The notes under the pieces are model-generated. The model did not search any database and was not told the origin of the DNA. It worked only from the letters and a program-made list of their open reading frames with translations. DNA of 64,000 nt from the human T2T-CHM13v2.0 reference genome, Homo sapiens. Shown here one piece after another: positions 53,243 through 64,000 of this stretch. The stretch lies in assembly GCF_009914755.1 (NCBI RefSeq), contig NC_060941.1; one strand, written 5' to 3'. The first letter of the stretch is position 1. Every line of letters begins with the position of its first letter. The translations under genes and the position numbers were made by a program.

Positions 53243-54076
53243 TAATCCAGAAGTCATTTGTTTTTACCTGGTAGGGACAGCAGTGCACCTTTACAATCTT
53301 GCCTCAGAGTTGTGGCAACACAGTATCTAATGGTCAGTGTCAGGGATATAAACCATGGCAGCTGGTGCTCAGATGAGGTGGAGACAGTGGTGCCTTCCCC
53401 AGACAGTTCTGCAACGTGATTTTGAGCATTGGTCTTGGCCGCATAGCCTCTGAGCTAGCTCTCCAACAGCTCTACCCCCCATCCACTTTCTGTGCCCATA
53501 GATTTTTCATAAATTTATTTTCTATTTAACTCAGGCAGAAGCGTGTCTTTTGTTTACAGTTAATAACACTGACTGCTGCATATACTTCTAGGAGTCCCTA
53601 GAGGGCAGCAAACAGCACTTGCAGTTTGAAGCGGGAAACAGGGAGGCAGAAGCAGCGCCGGATCACATTGGATCACGCTGGATCACGTTGGACGCTGGCT
53701 CAAAGTCTCTGCAGAGGTAAAGAGGGCATTTGTGCTTTCCTGACCTGTTGGCTCTCAGGAAGAGTGTGTCTTAGACCTGGACTAAGGAGACTCACACTAA
53801 GGAAGTTCAATTCCAGCAGGAGCCCATTGCTTTGTCAATTTTTTTTTCTTCATATTTCTAAAGCAGAAGGGATGAATTATGAGGCGCTTGTGGTGTCTCT
53901 TTCCTGGTAGCATCTACTTCTTTATTCACTGCTTTTACCTCTTGTCAAACGTATTCTAGTTGCCTTTGGGCCTCAGCCTTTGTCCTGTACGGAGAGTCTT
54001 ATTTATCTTAGACATTACCTGTGTGCCACCACAACCAGGTTCCTGGCTGCCTACCCTCCATTCTTCTCCCTAATAG

Positions 54077-54632
<556 letters not shown>

Positions 54633-54668
54633 CAGATTTTCTAATAGGGAATTATTCCTTGCTACTGT

Positions 54669-55202
54669 GTGTCGAATCCTGGGGAGAGAAGCCAAGGTCA
54701 TTAGCAGTTCTAGGGTTTGGGGCTGACCTAGAGGAAAATGACCACGAGATGGCAGTAGCAGGCAATGAGCTTTATTGGGATGGCTCTGGGACAGAGTTAC
54801 CTGTGAGGGGAAGTCCCCCGTAGCAGGGGTCCTTCTAAGGATAGTGATGCAGGGCCACCATCCAGAAAGAGAAGACAAGAGAGCTTCTGGGGAGAGGGGT
54901 ATCAGAGACGGGGTTTACATGTCTAGATGAGGAGGGGTGTCTCCGGGTCAAAGAACTGCCAAGGGCAGCCCTGGCTTGGGCTTTTACAGCCCCAGGGTTT
55001 GTCCTCTCTATGGCCAGCAGATGTTGGGTGCAGTTTGGCAGGGTATATAAAGCAGGCAGGCTCTAAGTGGCTAGAAATATGTTTATTTGGGCTTTTTAAT
55101 TTAAAGCAATTGGATGTGTAAAAAACTGAGTTTAGCTCTCATGGGGTTTTTGAGCTAGCAGTCCTGTTGCGAAGAAGTAAACAGCGTAGGACTCAAGGTA
55201 CA
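54669..55202 (-). mobile_element. Probable solo ERV LTR (family not identified)
   Basis: TG...CA ends, AATAAA on - at ~54771-54776, LTR-like composition. Confidence 0.45.
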
Positions 55203-55367
55203 ACTCATTTATATGACAGAGGTGAATAACAGTGCCTGCCTCCCCCACTCTCTCCCACTACAGAGGTCGAGGGAGCAGATCCTTCCTCAGTCTCCCCTGC
55301 TTGTGTAGCCAAGGCAAACATGGGGCCTAAGCTCAGTCAGTTCGGGAATTGTCCCCAGGTCTTTAAA

Positions 55368-56459
<1,092 letters not shown>

Positions 56460-56949
56460 TACTTCTCGCTTCTTGATCCTTTAGAGCAGGCTTTGTCAAC
56501 CAGGTCACTCCTCTGAACCACGGAACACAGGAATGATTTTCCCAATTCTCCAAAGAGTCTTTGCCCTTTCGCTTTCTTCCTGCTGGAATTCCGACTCTAG
56601 GCCTGGGCCCCGGGGATGGCAAGGCTGCACCAAGGACAGTGCGGCAGGCAGTAAACGGAGGCTGGGCCTTACTGACATCTCAACCAGCGGTGTCAGCCCT
56701 GGACTCTAGATCTTTACGTTTCTTGTCACATGGGCAAAATAAAGCTCCTTTGTGTAGCTGTGAGGTTGAACAAATAGGACTCACAGTCTGCCTTTATTTT
56801 AATCTCCTAATCTCCATTCAAATGTGTTTTGTGGGGATGGCCCATCACCATTCTTTTGAATGGAATATAGGGCAGGCCCATGTCTTTTTGGGACACTCTC
56901 TTTTGGTAAAAAGTTTTTGGGTCACTTCAAGTTATAAAAGTTTCATTTC

Positions 56950-57358
<409 letters not shown>

Positions 57359-57649
57359 TTAGTGTGTGTGGGGTTCCGTCTGGGATGATGAGTAGCTTCT
57401 GTGGATGGCTGCGCAACAGCATGAGCATATTTGGAGCCACTGAAATGATTGTAAATTGGTTAAAATGGTAAATTGTGTGTTATGTATATTGTATCATGAT
57501 GAAAAAATGCAAAAAAAAAAGTATAAGCCAAAAAAACCCAAAACACCCCACAGCCCCTCCCCCAAATGTAAAAGTCCATTTAAAGTTAAAAACTTCTCCC
57601 TTGCACCTTCTCAGTCTGTTTTGGGCAAGTAGCATGCAACAGGAAAAGG

Positions 57650-57650
<1 letters not shown>

Positions 57651-57697
<47 letters not shown>
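57651..57697. repeat. (TG)n microsatellite
   Basis: About 23 perfect units. Confidence 0.97.
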
Positions 57698-57700
<3 letters not shown>

Positions 57701-58397
57701 AAAGGGTATGGTGAAGAGGGAGAGACTCTAATTAACTTCTCAATGTACCCTCCAACCCCCACCTGCTCCTACACCCTGGGATTCTCCTCCTCACTCACTT
57801 GGCTGCTTTTGTACCCCCAGGGTTGACATGGCGGGGGAAGAGGTAAAAAGGGGCAGGAAAGATCTGATTTTGTATTGTACGAGCTGGTACAGAAGCTTCC
57901 TGGGCTTTGTATACAACTGACTTTTTATCTATTGGGACACTTTTTAAAGTCCTTCCAAGACCTCCAGCCGACCCCATTATTGGGGTCTCACCTCCAATTC
58001 CCCGGGTATAGCTGAACTCTTCTTGGCTCACAAGCAGCTCAGGCATCAGTTTCTTGCTGCTGGGGCCGCATCTTTCTCTCCAGGTGGTGTTCCTGGGCAG
58101 GTTTTATTCTTTTTTTGTTTTGTTTTGTTTTTTTAAATAACTCTTGCTCAAGGTTGGGCAGGTTTTAATGTGGCCTGATGCTGGTTCTCCCTCCCTCATA
58201 GCTCACATCTGGTCCATAGGAAACAATCACACATCCTTTTCCTACAAGAGATTTTAGGGGTACCAGTTTCCAGTGCAGCCAACTCTCTTCAAGATGTGAT
58301 CAAAACCACTATCAGCCAGCACATCTCTCATGCACTGAATTTAAAAACTTTTTTTTGTAGAGATGGGGTCTTGTCATGTTCACCAGGCTGGTTTTGA

Positions 58398-58834
<437 letters not shown>

Positions 58835-58911
58835 TGAGGTATAATTTACATAAAGTAAAAGTCACCAATTTTTGTGTATATTGCCAGCAACTGACACCAC
58901 AATTAAGACAA

Positions 58912-60069
<1,158 letters not shown>

Positions 60070-60558
60070 GCCGCTCATCAGACCTCAGCAGCCAAGATGG
60101 TGAAGGAGATCGAGAGCAAACTTGCTTTTTAGGAAGCCTTGGATGCCACAGGCGATAAACTTGTAGTAGTTGACTTCTCAGCCACGTGGTGTGGGCCTTG
60201 CAAAATGATCAAGCCTTTCTTTATCCCCTCTCTGGAAAGTATTCCAGCGTGGTATTCCTTGAAGTAGATGTGGATGACTGTCAGGATGTTGCTTCAGAGT
60301 GTGAAGCCGAATGCATGCCAACATTCCAGTGTTTTAAGAAGGGACAAAAGGTGGGTGAATTTTCTGGAGCCCATAAGGAAAAGCTTGAAGCCACCATTCA
60401 TGAATTAGTCTAATCGTGTTTTCTGAAAACATAACCAGCCACTGGCTATTTAAAACTTGTAATTTTTTTAATTTACAAAAAAATATAAAGCATGAAGACT
60501 ATAAACTCAAATACCATCTGGGTGACAATAAAACATTATTTCTAACACTTTAAAAAAA
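60070..60558 (+). pseudogene. TXNP4: Processed thioredoxin (TXN) pseudogene
   Basis: Intronless. ATG at 60097 (MVKEIESKLAF*), premature TAG at 60130-60132, WCGPC at 60187-60201, apparent 2-nt frameshift near 60223, TAA at 60411-60413, AATAAA at 60527-60532, A tail. The pseudogene number is from memory. Confidence 0.93.
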
Positions 60559-61145
60559 GACAAAGACCATTTCCAACAACCAAGCATTTTCCTAGTACCC
60601 CTTTGCTCCACCCCTCACCTCTGCTCCTTGACAACCACTCATCTGATTTTGATCCCTATATGTTGCTGTTTACCTAAGAAATCATGTTTTGAGGACTTAT
60701 ATATTGTAAATGGAATCATACCAGATGTACTTGTTCATATCTGGCTTCTTTCACTTAGCATGAAGACTTTGAGAAGCATCCATGTCATTGCGTGCATCCG
60801 TTTTTTCTTTTCATTGCTAAGTAGTGTTTATTGTATCTATGTACCACAATGTATCGATTCACCCATGGATGTAGACTGGATGGTTTCCAATTGTTTACTA
60901 TAATGAATATAGGCATTATAAGCATTTGTGTACAAGGCTTTGTGGGGAGGTATGTTTTCATTCTTCTTGGATAAATATCTGAGTGAGATTGCCAGGTCAT
61001 ATGGTAAGTATATGGTTAACTCAGCAAGAAACCACCAAATTATTTTCCAAAATAACTCTGCCATTTTGCTTTCCCACCAGCGTTGGATGAACGTTCAGTT
61101 GCTCTATATTCTTGGCAACACTTAAGTATTGTCAGTTTTTAAGGT

Positions 61146-61199
61146 TGTGCGTGTGTGTGTGTATGTGTGTGTGTATATGTGTGTGTGTGTGTATGTTTA

Positions 61200-61251
<52 letters not shown>

Positions 61252-61258
61252 TGTGTGT
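61146..61258. repeat. Interrupted (TG)n microsatellite
   Basis: (TG)n with TA interruptions. Confidence 0.95.
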
Positions 61259-63080
61259 AGTGGCATCTCATTATCGTTTTAGTTTCCATTTCCCTAATGT
61301 CTAATGATATTGGACATCATTTTATTCACTTATTGCCACTCATATATCTTCTTTGCTGAAGTGTCTGTTGAAATCTCTTGCCCATTAAAAAATCAGGTGA
61401 TTTTGTTACTGAGGTGTTGTTATTGTTGTTATTGTTCTTTTTAGACAGAGTCTCACTCTTGTCACTCAGGCTGGAATGCATTGGCGCGACCCCGGCTCAC
61501 TGCAACCTCCGCCTCCTGGGTTCAAGCGATTCTCCTGCCTCAGCCTCCTGGTTGTGAGGTTGTCTGGAGAGTCTGTAAAAACCAAGGCCATCTGTTGGTG
61601 GCCTCAGCTTGGTTCATATTGGGCTGGGCTCCAGACAGAGGTTTCCTCAGAAGTGTCTACTATGGGGCTCCACCTCATGTGAGTGATGCATTTCTGGGAA
61701 AGTCCCTGTGAGCTTGGTGGCTCTGCTGAGCCACAGGCACGTGGCGTGGTCTTTGCCATGACCTTGGAGAGGAGGCGTAGGCACTCTGGCTCATGCTCAC
61801 TAACTGGCAGCGTGGGTCCCAGTGCCAGCCAGGCTCAGGCCCCAGTCCTGCTCGGCATCTACACCGTGGCCCATCCCCTCCAACTTCAGCTCTGCTGTCT
61901 TCCCCGCCCCCAGAGACTGCCAGCACCAGCTCCTGTCTCCCCTGCCTGCTCCTGTCTCCTTTCTCTTAAGGAGAAATCTCCATTTTTGGTCTACAAAACT
62001 GTCTGTCTTTTGTTATTGATCATGTTTGTGTCATTATTACTTTTTAAAAGATCTCATGTCTATATGTTTGAAGCAGAAGGAGATGGTTTGAACTATCTCA
62101 ATCAGAAACATTGTAACTTATCTACGTGTGTGATACCGCTGCTGTTACGAACTAAATTTTGTTCCACAAGCAGATCCGCAGAAATGCACATACCCCGGAG
62201 CTGTGTGTTATTCTTCAACTTGCATTAAAACAACTCACATCAAGCCTGTTTGGACCTGTTGGTGACCAAGGTCCAGCTCAGCCTGGGGCAACAGGACAAA
62301 GGTGAAAGCAACCTCTAGTTTTTATTAAGAGTCAATTTTAAACATATATGCATATTCATTCATTTTCTTGTGTGTGTGTGTGTGTGTGTGTGATCACTAT
62401 GTAGCAGACATAAGGGCCTTCGTAAGGGACTTACAGACATAAGCCAATTTAATCCTCATAACAATCCTAGGATGCAGATACTGTTATTATGATCCCCATT
62501 TTACAGATAAGGAAACTGAGGCCCAAGGAGTGGTGAGCCATGACTGGGATCCAGAGTCCCGCGGATCTCTCTGCTGTGTGTGCACCTGTGTGCCCTCGTG
62601 CCTTAGCTTGCATACAAGGGTGGGGGACATGAAGTCCACGCTACCTCTGACAGTGGCGTGCTTGTCCACAGCCAAGAGTGGAAGGGGGAAGGACAGGAGA
62701 GTGGCAGACTCAGGGCCTGGCTTGGGGACACCAGCCCTCTGACCCAGACATGCTCTGCCCACTTCCCCCTGCCTACTCACTAGATTCAGACGCAAGAGTC
62801 CGAGACTGCCAAGGAGGCCTGGCTGCAGCAGGGTCAATGGGGTCTCTCTCCCACTCTCTCCCATCCCCAGCCCACCATCAGGACCAATCTGTTCCCTGCA
62901 GGCTGTAGGGACCAGGGCCTGGCGAGGAGGGAGATATGTGAAGACAGCTACCTCCTTAGAGGAGAGGGCTACCATGCCACCTCACTGCGGTTCTTTATGT
63001 CTAGAGACACAGCAAGATAGAGAGAATACGGGATACAGGACCCAGGAGAGAACAAAGAATACAGAGGAATACAGAAATAC

Positions 63081-63411
63081 GGGCTGGTGGCTCATGCCTG
63101 TAATCCCAGCACTTTGGGAGGCCGAGGGGGGGTGGATCACTTGAGCTCGGAAGTTCGAGACCAGCCTGGCCAACATGGCGAAACCCGTCTCTACTAAAAA
63201 TACAAAAAAAAAAAAAGAAAAAGAAAGAAGAAAATAAAAATTAGCCAGGCGTGATGGTGGGCACTTGTTGTCCCAGCTACTCAGGAGGCTGATTCAGGAG
63301 AATTGCTTGAACCCGGGAGGCGGAGGTTGCAGTGAGCAGAGATTGTGCCACTGCACTCCAGCCCGGGTGACAGAGCGGGACCCTTGTCTCCAAAAAAAAA
63401 AACAAAAAAAA
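63081..63411 (+). mobile_element. Alu with an expanded middle A-rich linker
   Basis: Alu consensus. Confidence 0.93.
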
Positions 63412-64000
63412 TACAGAGAGCCAAGACGGAGAGGAGCAAAGACAGAGAAACAGAGACTGGGAGGTGGAGGGAAGTACCTGGAGGGCATCTGAAAGTGAGC
63501 CTGTCGGGAGAGGGAGCTGGGGTGAGTCAAAGCTGGTACAGGAGGTGGCCGTGCAAGGAACGAGTCCCCGGCCATGGGGGGTTAGAGCTCTGGGGAGTCC
63601 GAGTCAAAAAGGCCTGGAGCCAGGGGTTCCTCCCACCACCCGGGCGGCCCGGTATCAGGTGGGGCTGGGCTGGGGCTGGAGTAAGCGTGCATATTGTATC
63701 TAGTCCCTCCTGGCTGCTGGCCTGGTGTCCCTGGATCTGGGGATAGGCGTCCGGCCTCGTGGTGCCCTCCTCCTGCATGGGCCAGTTGGCTCCACCCTCC
63801 CGGTGCCAGTGTCAGGTTCCAGGCTGTTCCCCGGGGGAACTTTGATCTGGAAAGAATGAGGGTGACCGATCTGGCTGCTGCACAGGGCCGAGCCGTGTCA
63901 CCGAGACCTGGCCTGAGCTGCCCCTGCCACTTTCCCGCCCACTGGGACACCAAGCGGTTACCCTGGGCTCAGGAGACACAGAGGGGGTCTTTCCTGCTTC

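Noticed and set aside
60186-60413. 75-aa ORF with a thioredoxin C-terminus
   Set aside because: GTG-started frameshift remnant of the pseudogene; the WCGPC site is in another frame.
61586-61602. CTCF-like motif (ccaccaacagatggcc on -)
   Set aside because: Partial match only; not supportable without ChIP data.

Overview
Human/primate genomic DNA (Alu-dense, GC-rich), recognisable as the 17p13.2 SPNS2-MYBBP1A-GGT6 locus. It contains: (i) SPNS2 (S1P exporter, MFS family) exons 2-13 on +, with exon 1 upstream of the window; (ii) the complete 26-exon MYBBP1A gene on -, whose exon chain sums to 3987 nt = 1328 aa, with a CpG-island promoter and a 3' end that overlaps the SPNS2 3' end; (iii) the 4-exon GGT6 gene on -; (iv) a repeat-rich intergenic region. 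The most striking element is at ~58.9-60.6 kb. It is a nearly full-length, disrupted endogenous bornavirus-like nucleoprotein (EBLN) retrocopy, i.e. a fossil of a non-retroviral RNA virus mRNA. Its poly(A) tail runs directly into a processed thioredoxin pseudogene. The pair is bounded by one candidate target-site duplication inside an old antisense L1M element. Gene and family names come from my recognition of the sequences, not from database searches. Repeat boundaries and subfamilies are approximate.
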